The notes under the pieces were generated by a model. It was not told where the DNA came from, did no database searches, and worked only from the letters and a program-made list of their open reading frames with translations. The position numbers and the translations under genes were made by a program. Below are positions 1 to 8,927 of a stretch of 64,000 bases of DNA, one piece after another (position 1 is the first letter of the stretch; each line of letters opens with the position of its first letter). Source of the stretch: Syntrophomonadaceae bacterium (GTDB taxonomy: Bacteria > Bacillota > Syntrophomonadia > Syntrophomonadales > DTU052); contig JAAYDA010000072.1 of assembly GCA_012729505.1 (NCBI GenBank), positions 76,162 to 140,161 of the forward strand. Reading direction: 5' to 3'.

Positions 1-246
1 TTTCACTGCTTCGATTCCCTGACTGGAACCTCCACCTTGAACGTTTACCCGGGCCTCGGTATACTGGGCCATAAACTCCTCGGCCAAGATTTCGGAGAAG
101 GGCTGTACCGAACTGGAACCGGCTATGGTAATGGAACCCGTCACCTGGCTCCCTCCCGGTTCACCGGAGCTCCCATATCCTGTAATCCATACAAAAAAGC
201 CGATTAGTATCAGAGCCATTACAATCCACAGGGAATTCTTCCTCAC
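1..246 (-). CDS. pstS: Phosphate ABC transporter substrate-binding protein PstS, 5' part only (the gene runs off the window start)
   Basis: Hand translation of the minus strand from GTG at 246, with GGAGG at 257-261, gives VRKNSLWIVMALILIGFFVWITGYGSSGEPGGSQVTGSITIAGSSSVQPFSEILAEEFMAQYTEARVNVQGGGSSQGIEAVK. This is an anchor helix followed by the AGSSSVQP...GGGSSQGI pattern of PstS-type binding proteins. The gene lies directly downstream of phoP-phoR. It is truncated and therefore absent from the ORF track. Confidence 0.75.
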   Translation of the reverse strand, partial: MRKNSLWIVMALILIGFFVWITGYGSSGEPGGSQVTGSITIAGSSSVQPFSEILAEEFMAQYTEARVNVQGGGSSQGIEAVK

Positions 247-332
247 GCCACGCTAACCTCCGCAAATACCTTCCCATCATACCATTCCCAATTCTGCTTA
301 TTGGTAATGATAACTCCCCCAAGTTAATCTCA

Positions 333-382
333 TATTAGGACCAGGTCAAGCTATTATTAAGACTATGTAAAGAAATTGTAAA
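333..382 (-). promoter_or_regulatory. Putative PhoP-box array plus -10 element upstream of pstS
   Basis: The minus strand reads TTTACA-atttc-TTTACA-tagtc-TTAATA-atagc-TTGACC-tggtcc-TAATAT. That is four TT(A/T)ACA-like hexamers with 11-bp periodicity followed by a -10-like TAATAT. This matches the Bacillus-type PhoP-activated promoter layout. Confidence 0.55.
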
Positions 383-513
383 GATCCTCCACTGGCGGGG
401 GGCGATGCCTGCTCAGCACAACCTTTACATTTGCCGGAATACAAAAAAGCAAGCCGGGTTATCATCCCGACCTGCCTATATTTATCTATGTGTTCAACCG
501 GTTACCGGTCAAA

Positions 514-2274
514 TTATTTTTTGGGAAGGGTAAAGAAGAAAGTAGAGCCTTCACCAATCTGACTGCGAAGATCCACATGACCGCCATGGACTTCTATAAT
601 ATGTTTCACTATGGAAAGGCCCAAGCCGCTTCCGCCGCCTTTGCGGCACCGGGCTTTATCCACTCGGTAAAAGCGCTCAAATATACGAGTAGTTTCCTGC
701 TGCGGAATACCGATTCCATGGTCGGTCACTTCAACCAGAACATCTTCATCCCGGTTTTCCACCGTAATCTCAATAAGGTCGCCTTCTTCACTGTAGTTTA
801 TGGCATTATCGATAAGGTTGATCATAACCTGGGTGATGCGATCCCAGTCAGCCGTAACCGGCACCGATTCATCCGGAAATTTAGATTCCACAATTAATTT
901 CTTCTCCGCCAGCTGAAGGTCAAAACGTTCCAACGCTTTGGCAATACAGTCTTTCATATCGAATTCTTCCAGTTCCAGATTAGGATCGATGGATTCGATC
1001 CGTGACAGCTCCAGAAGACTTTCCACCAATCGAGCCAGCCTTAAAGCTTCATCAAAAATAATGCGAGAAAACTCCTGGCAGGTTTGATTTTCGGTTGTTT
1101 CTTCCATAAGAGTTTCGGCAAAGCCGCTGATAGCCGTAATCGGAGTCTTTAGCTCATGAGATACATTGGCCACAAAATCCTTGCGAATAGTCTCCAATCG
1201 CTTCAATTCAGTGATGTCGTTAACGACCACCAAAATTCCCTGCAGGCCCAATTCGTCCTCAATGGGTACTATGGTAGTCTGCACAACCTTTTCCCCAAAA
1301 TTATGGAGGACAAATTCTTGCCGAATAGGTTTTCTGTCCCTCATCACCTGATCGACACATTGAGTAAGCGCATAGCTGCGGGTTACTTCAATTTGGCGTT
1401 TGCCGATTACGTCTTTCTCCCCTACTCCCAAAAGAATGCGCGCCGTAGGATTAATAAATAATATCTGCTCATTGGGGCCGACTAAAATAATACCGTTTAC
1501 GGTGTTCTCCAATACAGTCTCCAGACGACCTTTAACCTCGGATATCTCAGTAATTTTTTCGTCCAGACGGCTGGCCATAGTGTTCATAGCACTGGCCAAA
1601 ATGCCTATTTCGTCGTCGCGGTTGTAAAGGACCCGGCGCTTCAAATCCCCTTCAGCCATGGAACGGGCCACCTGAGTCATGTCGGAGAGGGGTCCTGTCA
1701 TGCGATTTATAAACTTGAGACTGACCATGAGCGCTAATACTCCGGCAGGAATAACGGTAAACAAAATAACCCACCATAACTGGTTAACCAGATTCTTAAC
1801 CCCGGTGGGGGGAACAGCCAGACGTATCACTCCCTGGACCTGGTCATCACTCATAACCGGAGCTGCAACATACATGGTATCTGCTTCACTGACCGGATCG
1901 ACTCTTCGTACGGTGTTGGTTTCCCCCCGGAGAGCCTCCCTTATTTCCGGAAAACTTTTGTGGTTAGCCATTTGTCCGATGTTTTCCTGGGAATCAGCCA
2001 TTACGGCGCCATCAGAAGCCACCAGAGTTACACGGCCGCCAATATCCCCGGCGATTTGTTCAGTCAGAGCGTCGATCTCTGTTTGAGGATGGGCAAAATC
2101 ATAATCCTTCAGGATTTCACCAGCCAGCTTTACCTCCGCCAGCATACTCCGGTTCAGGTTCTGGGCATATAATTCATCAAAATATCGGATTCCTAACAAG
2201 CCTCCCAGGAGGATGAATAATAAAATGAGTGTCATATATGACAGGGTGAGTTTCCATTTAAAAGTATTTATCAT
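514..2274 (-). CDS. phoR: Phosphate-sensing histidine kinase (PhoR-like): TM, HAMP, PAS, HisKA and HATPase domains
   Basis: 586-aa ORF with two N-terminal TM segments. It carries the H-box VSHELKTPIT and the G-boxes DHGIGIP and GGSGLGLSIV. It is adjacent to an OmpR-type response regulator and pstS. Confidence 0.8.
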   Translation of the reverse strand: MINTFKWKLTLSYMTLILLFILLGGLLGIRYFDELYAQNLNRSMLAEVKLAGEILKDYDFAHPQTEIDALTEQIAGDIGGRVTLVASDGAVMADSQENIGQMANHKSFPEIREALRGETNTVRRVDPVSEADTMYVAAPVMSDDQVQGVIRLAVPPTGVKNLVNQLWWVILFTVIPAGVLALMVSLKFINRMTGPLSDMTQVARSMAEGDLKRRVLYNRDDEIGILASAMNTMASRLDEKITEISEVKGRLETVLENTVNGIILVGPNEQILFINPTARILLGVGEKDVIGKRQIEVTRSYALTQCVDQVMRDRKPIRQEFVLHNFGEKVVQTTIVPIEDELGLQGILVVVNDITELKRLETIRKDFVANVSHELKTPITAISGFAETLMEETTENQTCQEFSRIIFDEALRLARLVESLLELSRIESIDPNLELEEFDMKDCIAKALERFDLQLAEKKLIVESKFPDESVPVTADWDRITQVMINLIDNAINYSEEGDLIEITVENRDEDVLVEVTDHGIGIPQQETTRIFERFYRVDKARCRKGGGSGLGLSIVKHIIEVHGGHVDLRSQIGEGSTFFFTLPKK

Positions 2275-2277
2275 TAA

Positions 2278-2967
2278 TCAGACCTCCTCAAACTTGTATC
2301 CTATTCCTCTAACGGTTTTTATATATAGGGGATTTCCCGTATCAGCTTCGATCTTTTCTCTGAGTTTGCTGATGTGCACATCGAGAACTCTGGTATTGCC
2401 GGTACCGCTATAGTCCCATAAGGCATTGAGCAGATAATCTCTCTTCAAGACCTTGCCTTTGTTGCGAACCAGCATTTCCAATAGTTCGAACTCTCTCAAA
2501 GTCAATTCCAGCCGCTGTCCGTTCTTAAAGGCCTCATAGGAGTCGGTCTTAAGCAGAAATTCACCGGTCTCAATGGCCTCCGGGCGCTCCTGTGATTCCT
2601 TACCCCTTCTTCTGAGAATAGCCTTGACCCTGGCCATCAGCTCTCTGACACTAAAAGGCTTGGTTACATAGTCGTCAGCCCCCAGCTCCAGTCCCAGTAT
2701 CCGGTCAATCTCCTCATCTTTGGCGGTCAGCATAATAAGCGGGATAAAAATCTTTTCCTCCCTCATCAATTGACAAATCTCAAGGCCGTCTTTACCGGGC
2801 AGCATAAGATCCAACAGGATCAGATCAAGGGCATCGGTCCTAATTATATCCCAGGCCTCATTGCCATCAAAGGCTTCTATAGTATCATACCCTTCGCGCC
2901 GAAGATTGTGAGTGATGAGCCGTACCAGGGATGCCTCATCATCCACCACCAGTACCCTTGCCTTCAT
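2278..2967 (-). CDS. phoP: OmpR/PhoB-family response regulator (PhoP-like)
   Basis: 229-aa ORF. The receiver domain (VLVVDDE...DLMLPGKDG) is followed by a winged-helix C-terminus (LTLREFELLEML...RGIGYKF). It lies 4 nt upstream of phoR. Confidence 0.8.
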   Translation of the reverse strand: MKARVLVVDDEASLVRLITHNLRREGYDTIEAFDGNEAWDIIRTDALDLILLDLMLPGKDGLEICQLMREEKIFIPLIMLTAKDEEIDRILGLELGADDYVTKPFSVRELMARVKAILRRRGKESQERPEAIETGEFLLKTDSYEAFKNGQRLELTLREFELLEMLVRNKGKVLKRDYLLNALWDYSGTGNTRVLDVHISKLREKIEADTGNPLYIKTVRGIGYKFEEV

Positions 2968-3066
2968 AATTGCTCACCTCGGTTTCCATTTTGCTATCTT
3001 TAATGGATTAAAAGCCGGTGAACCACCAGGCGGGTTCTTAGAAAGTCCTTAATTATGTAAGCTTAT

Positions 3067-3202
3067 TTATCCGATAACTAATCTGCCCTAAGACCCCCCG
3101 CCTCTATAGGCGGCGGGTGCCCAAGGGCAGTTAAGTCCCTGGATCCGTGCGACTAAGATTCAGATGGAGTCAAAACTTCACCTGAATCAAGTCTTACTTT
3201 AT
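3067..3202 (+). repeat. Dispersed structured intergenic repeat, copy a (full length, consensus orientation on the plus strand)
   Basis: TTATCCGATAACTAATCTGCCCTAAGACCCCCCGCCTCTATAGGCGGCGGGTGCCCAAGGGCAGTTAAGTCCCTGGATCCGTGCGACTAAGATTCAGATGGAGTCAAAACTTCACCTGAATCAAGTCTTACTTTAT. The sequence is near-identical to 13485-13620 and 58447-58580 (reverse complement) and to 6481-6582. Confidence 0.85.
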
Positions 3203-3211
3203 CCGCCGCCA

Positions 3212-3619
3212 TTATCTCTCACTATCAACTATAGCCATAGTACAGCGCGAAATACATACCAGCTTCTCCTGCTCATCATAGATACGAATATCCCAGATCA
3301 GAGTGGTACGTCCGATATGCACTGGAATCCCCACAGCTCTCACAACTCCATCTCGTTTGCTGCGGATGTGATTGGCGTTTATCTCTAAACCAACGGCTCT
3401 TTGCCGGGTCGGATCTATGAACTGGTAACTCCCGAAGGATGCAACCGATTCAGCTATTACTACCGAAACACCTCCGTGAAGGAGCCCCAGGGGTTGATGG
3501 GTTTTAGGAGTCACAGGCATAATTGCTGTTACTCTCTCAGGGGTGTATTCGACGAATTCTATTCCCAAGGTCCCTAATACCGAATTTCCGAAATCCATTA
3601 TATCATCATAATCATTCAC
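3212..3619 (-). CDS. PaaI/YbgC-type hotdog-fold thioesterase
   Basis: 135-aa ORF with the LHGGVSVVIAESVASFG motif and the size typical of PaaI-family thioesterases. Confidence 0.7.
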   Translation of the reverse strand: MNDYDDIMDFGNSVLGTLGIEFVEYTPERVTAIMPVTPKTHQPLGLLHGGVSVVIAESVASFGSYQFIDPTRQRAVGLEINANHIRSKRDGVVRAVGIPVHIGRTTLIWDIRIYDEQEKLVCISRCTMAIVDSER

Positions 3620-3732
3620 AGCTATTCCCCCTAGCCTATTTACATCGCCTTAGTTATCATTCTATAGAGTTAGTTGCATTATAGTCAACAAATGTCGAAA
3701 GAGGGGCCGAATCGTGGATATCCCTGCTGAAA

Positions 3733-4575
3733 TTATTTCCTTAGTGCTTTGAACGCAATAGTGCCCAAATAGAGTCCGAAACAGCAGAGCACTATAGTCG
3801 CACCGGTAGCGGTTCCCCATTGATAGGACATAAATAGCCCGACTATACCCGATAATAAACTTATGGATACTGCCAGCAGGTGGTATGTTCTCATGCTTTG
3901 GGCCAAGTTGCGAGCTGCGGCAGCAGGAAGAATGAGCAGGGCATTGATGATCAATATGCCAATCCATTGAATGGATATGGTTACTGTCAAAGCCAAAAGC
4001 ACCGCAAAAGCCGTTTCAACCAAACTGGTTCTGACTCCGCGGCTCCGGGCGACGGTGGCATTGAAACTAAGCAGAAAAAGGCGGTTAAAAAAGAATGCCC
4101 AGAATAACAATACTATCAGCAGGACTATGCCCACCAGGTATATTTCCTGGGGAGAAATACTTAACAGATCACCAATCAGATACTGTGAATAGCGGTTGAA
4201 GGCTCCGCCTCGTGAGAGGATTACCACTCCGAGAGCCACGGTAGCGGAAAAGAAAACTCCGATTACGGTGTCTGCAGATGCTTCCGTATGTCCCCGAGCC
4301 CAGGTTATGGCCACCGCCAGTATGGCCGCAAAAATCAGCATTGCCCACAGTGGATCACACAGTCCGAGAATAACACCGATGGCTATACCGGTTAAAGCAG
4401 CATGACCTATAGCATCAGAAAAGAAAGCCATGCGGTTACTGACTACCATCGTTCCTAACAGGCCAAAAACGGGAGAGACCAATAACACGGCCAATAACGC
4501 ATTTTTCATGAAATCATACTCGATCCAGGAAAAGGGAACCATACTTTCCAGGAGGCTATACCATAATTCAATCAT
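3733..4575 (-). CDS. Metal (Zn/Mn) ABC transporter permease
   Basis: 280-aa polytopic membrane ORF of the ZnuB/MntB-like ABC-3 type. It overlaps the ATPase gene and follows a TroA-like binding protein gene. Confidence 0.8.
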   Translation of the reverse strand: MIELWYSLLESMVPFSWIEYDFMKNALLAVLLVSPVFGLLGTMVVSNRMAFFSDAIGHAALTGIAIGVILGLCDPLWAMLIFAAILAVAITWARGHTEASADTVIGVFFSATVALGVVILSRGGAFNRYSQYLIGDLLSISPQEIYLVGIVLLIVLLFWAFFFNRLFLLSFNATVARSRGVRTSLVETAFAVLLALTVTISIQWIGILIINALLILPAAAARNLAQSMRTYHLLAVSISLLSGIVGLFMSYQWGTATGATIVLCCFGLYLGTIAFKALRK

Positions 4576-5383
4576 TACTAAACCTCACTGCTGGATGGTG
4601 TCGGGTCATGGTCCCGCTTTGATTATGGTAAGTTTCCAAAGTCAACCTGGCCCCAAAAAGCCTTACAAAATTCGGATCATGGAGTACTGCCCGGGGATTG
4701 CCGGCTGCCAGAACAGTCTTATCCAGAAGAACGATGCGGTCGGCAAATTGAGATATCATGGCATGGTCATGGGAAACCATCAGTATCGAAAGATCGTAGT
4801 CTCTGCGCAGATCAGACACCATATTATAAAAAATCTCCAGCCCACGGGGATCGACTCCCGCAACCGGTTCGTCCAGAAGCAATAAATCCGGTATGGGATC
4901 AAGGGCACAGGCCAGGAGAACACGCTGCAGCTCCCCGCCTGACAGGTTGCTGATCCGCCTGTTAATCAGGTGCTCCGCCTGAAATCTAGCCAGATTTTCC
5001 ATAATCCGCTGCTTATCGGTTCGGGTATGGCTTATCCACACCGGAAAACTGGAGATACAGGCCGCACAGAAATCCAGTACACTGGCAGGAGAGCCTTTAT
5101 CAAGATCCAAATGCTGCGGGACATAACCAATCAGCGGATGGCCGGTGCGCAGTTCTTTGGCATCTAAAAAACTGAGTTTGCCGGTGAACGGCAGCTCTCC
5201 GGTCATAGCCTTCAAGAGTGTGGACTTGCCGGCACCGTTGGGGCCAATTAACCCCGTCAATTCACCACAGTGAATATGAAGATCAACGTCGTGAAGCAGC
5301 ACATTTTTTCCTATTTTAACTCCGAATTTCTCCAGCCGAGTACAGCATAAGTCACATTTTGACGTTTTGTTTTTATTAATCAC
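4568..5383 (-). CDS. Metal ABC transporter ATP-binding protein
   Basis: Walker A GPNGAGKST, signature LSGGELQR and Walker B LLLLDEP. Confidence 0.85.
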   Translation of the reverse strand: MINKNKTSKCDLCCTRLEKFGVKIGKNVLLHDVDLHIHCGELTGLIGPNGAGKSTLLKAMTGELPFTGKLSFLDAKELRTGHPLIGYVPQHLDLDKGSPASVLDFCAACISSFPVWISHTRTDKQRIMENLARFQAEHLINRRISNLSGGELQRVLLACALDPIPDLLLLDEPVAGVDPRGLEIFYNMVSDLRRDYDLSILMVSHDHAMISQFADRIVLLDKTVLAAGNPRAVLHDPNFVRLFGARLTLETYHNQSGTMTRHHPAVRFSND

Positions 5384-6315
5384 TAGCTGCCCAATGCCTC
5401 CAACAACACTTGCAGATTCCGGTTCATGATTTCAATGTAGGCTTCCGGCTCTTCGGGTCCGGTAACAGCCGGATCCAGAGTATACACCTGGGCACCGGTT
5501 TCTGTTGCAATAGTTTCCGCCGCCTTAGTTGAGTACTGGGGCTCGACGAAAATAGCCCGCACCCCGGATTGGCGTATAATATCGATAGTCTCTTTCAGCT
5601 CAGCAGCAACAGGCTCCGAACCCGGTTCCCGTTCTACAGTCGCAACAATGTTTAACCCAAACTCCTGGGCAAAATAGGGAAATGCCTCATGAAATGTAAC
5701 TATATTCCGATCTTCCAGGGAATCCAGCTGAGCATGCATTTCACTTTTAAGTTCCTCTAATTTCCGGATATAGTTTTGAGCATTACTCTGGTAACCCTGA
5801 GCATTATTGGGATCTGTTGCGGCCAGTTGATCGGCGATATTCTGAACCTGCTCCATGGCCAAAGAAATACTTACCCAAATATGAGCGTTCTTTTCGTGGT
5901 GATTATCTTCAATAAGCTCAATTCCCTCACTGGCATCTACTATTTTCAGTTCCGGCTGCTGAGCTATGACCTGATCGAGAAAGCTTTCCATATGGGCTCC
6001 ATTGACAACTAATATCTGAGCCTTATGTATTTTTTTCAAGTCATTGGTGGTCAACTGGTAATCATGAAGGCAGCCGGTCACTGTACCCGTCACATTTACC
6101 GCTTCTACCCCAGGTATATCCTGAGTCACATTGAGTACCATAATGTACATGGGATAAAACGAGGTGGCAATTACTAAGTTGTCTGATTCTTCTTGGCTGG
6201 TAGCAGCCGGATCGTTTCCGCATCCGGATAAGACAAAAGTCTGTGCTGCCAGAAAAAAGGCTAGTAGTATTCCAGAACACCATTGTTTTCGTGTCCAAAA
6301 GCGTCTTTTTTTCAT
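5383..6315 (-). CDS. Metal ABC transporter substrate-binding lipoprotein (TroA/ZnuA-like)
   Basis: 310-aa ORF with a signal peptide and lipobox (LSGCG). It has the cluster-9 binding-protein layout and a short His-rich segment (DNHHEKNAH). It is the first gene of the three-gene ABC operon. Confidence 0.8.
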   Translation of the reverse strand: MKKRRFWTRKQWCSGILLAFFLAAQTFVLSGCGNDPAATSQEESDNLVIATSFYPMYIMVLNVTQDIPGVEAVNVTGTVTGCLHDYQLTTNDLKKIHKAQILVVNGAHMESFLDQVIAQQPELKIVDASEGIELIEDNHHEKNAHIWVSISLAMEQVQNIADQLAATDPNNAQGYQSNAQNYIRKLEELKSEMHAQLDSLEDRNIVTFHEAFPYFAQEFGLNIVATVEREPGSEPVAAELKETIDIIRQSGVRAIFVEPQYSTKAAETIATETGAQVYTLDPAVTGPEEPEAYIEIMNRNLQVLLEALGS

Positions 6316-6480
6316 TTTGTTCCTCCTATGAGCAATCTACTAAAAGACCGTGGATATACCCGGCATAATTCAGTCTTTTCGTCAGATAATGCCTTAATCA
6401 CATTATAGCGCAACTTGTCTGCTCTAAACCTCCTTATAAAAATAATTCGCATGAATCCTCCAAATAATATAATTCATAGT

Positions 6481-6582
6481 TTATCCGATGACTAATCTGC
6501 CCTTGGGCAGTTAAGTCCCTGGATCCGTGCGACTAAGATTCTGATGGAGTCAAAACTCCACCTGAATCAAGTCTTATTTTAT
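6481..6582 (+). repeat. Dispersed structured intergenic repeat, copy b (short variant lacking the internal GC hairpin)
   Basis: TTATCCGATGACTAATCTGCCCTTGGGCAGTTAAGTCCCTGGATCCGTGCGACTAAGATTCTGATGGAGTCAAAACTCCACCTGAATCAAGTCTTATTTTAT. It matches copies a, c and d except that about 34 nt (TAAGACCCCCGCCTCTATAGGCGGCGGGTGCC) are absent. Confidence 0.85.
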
Positions 6583-6769
6583 TGAGCTTGGTGATGGCTT
6601 ATGTCTGCCAAATAAACTCTTTTTGCGTACATCCTTTGCTAAACGGGTTCTGGTTCTTTCCCTCTTGTTTTTCGGGCTTTACTATTGTAGATTGAAATGG
6701 ATTGTTGTTTTGAGATTCTTGGTGGTATCATAACTTCTGTGACAATAATTATGAGGCAGGCGTAGTACC

Positions 6770-8176
6770 ATGGCTGAACGTATTGAAGTCCGGAATAAAA
6801 TATTATTGGTGGCAACTCTGGCTGCTTTCCTCAGCCCTTTTATGGGCAGCTCTTTGAATCTAGCAATTCCTGCTATCGGCCAGGATTTAGATGGTAATGC
6901 TATCATGATTAACTGGATAATAACCGCCTTCCTTCTGGTTTCAGCAGCCTTTCTATTGCCTTTCGGCCGTTTGGCCGATATGCGCGGACGTAAAATAATC
7001 TTCGTAAGTGGAGTGGGAGTCTTCGGCACCGCTTCTTTGTTGTGTGGTGCAGCAAATTCCATGATGTTTCTATTATTGGCACGTATCGTACAAGGTCTGG
7101 GCGCCACCATGATGTTTTCCACCAGCATGGCTCTGGTAACGGCCGCTTTTCCCCCCCAGGACCGGGGCAGGGTACTGGGGCTAAATGTTGCCGCAGTATA
7201 TGTGGGCCTTTCGGTTGGACCGGCTCTGGGTGGTTTTGTGACTCAACACCTGGGCTGGCGAAGCATCTTTTATCTGGTAGCCTTTTTGAGCATCCTGGTT
7301 GCGTGGGCTTCTTACAAATGGCTGCCGAATGACCGTCACCGGGCTGAAAACGAAGAGTATGACCTTTTAGGTGCCGGATTGATTGTGGCCAGCCTGATGG
7401 CCTTAATTTATGGAGCATCCACCCTCCATACTGTCTCGGTGGGACCTGTCCTTGCTATCCTGGGCACCATTGGGATAGGAGGATTTGTGTGGCAAGAGCT
7501 TCGGGCGCCCAACCCCATTCTCGACATAAAGAATTTGATTTCTAATACCACCTTCATTATGTCTAATCTAGCCGCCCTCATCAATTTTAGTGCCACCTAT
7601 TCCATTGTCTACTTGTTGTCTCTTTATCTTCAGGTGATTCGTGGCTTTAGTGCTCAGGCGGCAGGTTTCATCCTGTTGATTCAGCCTGTATTAATGGCTA
7701 TTGTCTCACCCTATGCGGGACGGCTTTCTGACCGGTTCGAGCCTCAGATAGTAGCCAGTATCGGTATGTCCTTGACTGCCGTTGGCCTGGCCGTTTTAGT
7801 GACCATCGACTACAACACCAGCATATGGCTTATTGCCGGGGTCTTACTGCTTCAGGGCCTTGGTTTTGCCCTGTTTGGCAGTCCTAACATGAATGCAGTT
7901 ATGAGTTCTGTGGATCGCAGATTTTATGGAGTGGCTTCCTCAACTACCGGGACTATGCGTCTGGTGGGTCAAGCCCTTAGCATGGCCCTGGTGTCATTCA
8001 TCTTTGCCGCTAATCTCGGTGATGCCAAAATAACTTCGGCCATTGCCCCGGAGCTGTTGAGCAGCTCCAAGATGGCTTTCGGGATCTTTACCGTTTTATG
8101 TTTCGCAGGGGTTTTTGCCTCTTTATCCCGGGGAAAAGTGCATACCAGGGAAACTCCTCCCTCTGAAAGTCATTAA
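6770..8176 (+). CDS. MFS transporter, 14-TM DHA2 (EmrB/QacA-like) drug:H+ antiporter family
   Basis: 468-aa ORF with about 14 hydrophobic segments and the MFS motif GRLADMRGRK after TM2. Confidence 0.75.
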   Translation: MAERIEVRNKILLVATLAAFLSPFMGSSLNLAIPAIGQDLDGNAIMINWIITAFLLVSAAFLLPFGRLADMRGRKIIFVSGVGVFGTASLLCGAANSMMFLLLARIVQGLGATMMFSTSMALVTAAFPPQDRGRVLGLNVAAVYVGLSVGPALGGFVTQHLGWRSIFYLVAFLSILVAWASYKWLPNDRHRAENEEYDLLGAGLIVASLMALIYGASTLHTVSVGPVLAILGTIGIGGFVWQELRAPNPILDIKNLISNTTFIMSNLAALINFSATYSIVYLLSLYLQVIRGFSAQAAGFILLIQPVLMAIVSPYAGRLSDRFEPQIVASIGMSLTAVGLAVLVTIDYNTSIWLIAGVLLLQGLGFALFGSPNMNAVMSSVDRRFYGVASSTTGTMRLVGQALSMALVSFIFAANLGDAKITSAIAPELLSSSKMAFGIFTVLCFAGVFASLSRGKVHTRETPPSESH

Positions 8177-8240
8177 CCACAAAAATGATTGTTCCCTGAA
8201 TGATTTCCGGCTGTACAAAGCTTATAAAGGTGTGTTGGGG

Positions 8241-8927
8241 ATGAATGTGAAAATTGAAGCTTGGACTGGAATAAAAGCGGCAGTTCCCGTTATCTTAGCC
8301 TATATGCCCCTGGGGCTGGCTTTTGGGGTACTGGCAAATGAAGTAGGCCTGACCGTATCTGAGGCCACCTTGATGTCGGCTCTGGTCTTTACCGGTGCGG
8401 GCCAATACATTGCCATCGGCCTGCTGGCGGCGGGAGGATCGGCCTTTACAATTATAATGGCCAATTTTCTGGTTAACATCCGGTATCTGTTATTTTCTGC
8501 TTCATTGGTACCGCATCTTAAGAAGATTCCTACCGGTCTGGCTTCTGTTTTGATGTTGGGATTGACTGATGAAACTTATGCAGTTGCCGCAGTTCATCTT
8601 CGCGAAAATGAGGCTACTGTACCTTACCTGGCCGGACTGAATCTTAGTTCTTATCTTTCATGGGTAGCCAGCACCTGTCTGGGGGCCGGCATAGGCCATA
8701 TGATTGCCAATACTGATCAATTAGGGTTAAATTTCGCTCTGCCGGCCATGTATACTATTCTGCTGATTTTGGTTATCAGCAGCCGCAAGCATTTGGCAGT
8801 TGCAATCATAGCGGTTGTGCTGTGTTTGCTAATCGCCTTTTTGTTCCCCTCTACTCTTGGCAACCTTTCAAATATTATTGCAGCCACCCTTGTGGCTGCT
8901 ACGGCAGGGGTGATGATAAAACGATGA
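8241..8927 (+). CDS. azlC: AzlC-family branched-chain amino acid exporter subunit
   Basis: The ORF-track frame 8115-8927 is trimmed to ATG at 8241 (MNVKIEAWTGIKAA...), which is preceded by AAAGG. It is a polytopic membrane protein, and the ATGA overlap with the following small AzlD-like gene is the classic azlCD arrangement. Confidence 0.7.
   Translation: MNVKIEAWTGIKAAVPVILAYMPLGLAFGVLANEVGLTVSEATLMSALVFTGAGQYIAIGLLAAGGSAFTIIMANFLVNIRYLLFSASLVPHLKKIPTGLASVLMLGLTDETYAVAAVHLRENEATVPYLAGLNLSSYLSWVASTCLGAGIGHMIANTDQLGLNFALPAMYTILLILVISSRKHLAVAIIAVVLCLLIAFLFPSTLGNLSNIIAATLVAATAGVMIKR

Noticed and set aside
490-2413. Plus-strand ORFs (490-897, 1156-1461, 1679-2086 and others) overlapping the phoR gene.
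   Set aside because: These are antisense shadow frames inside a well-supported 586-aa kinase gene. They have no RBS and no recognisable motifs, and their composition is low-complexity and biased.
3164-3388. A 74-aa ORF starting MESKLHLNQVLLY, and the same head on the 56854-58485 ORF.
   Set aside because: The shared peptide head is simply the translation of the dispersed repeat (copies a and d). The 3164 ORF also runs antisense through the thioesterase gene.
6316-6480. A Zur/Fur-type operator upstream of the metal ABC operon.
   Set aside because: I found imperfect palindromes (ATTCGCATGAAT, and GGCATAAT...ATTATGCC), but nothing matching the 7-1-7 Fur/Zur box well enough to call.
6682-7418. 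Minus-strand ORFs of 148 aa and 169 aa overlapping the MFS transporter gene.
   Set aside because: These are antisense to a 468-aa polytopic transporter with a clear MFS motif. Their Arg/Pro-rich composition is typical of reverse frames.
8115-8240. N-terminal extensions of several track ORFs: azlC (8115), azlD (8822), hbd-like (15119), cdaR (55445) and leuC (63139).
   Set aside because: The internal starts have better RBS spacing, give typical protein lengths, and produce the canonical start/stop overlaps with neighbouring genes.
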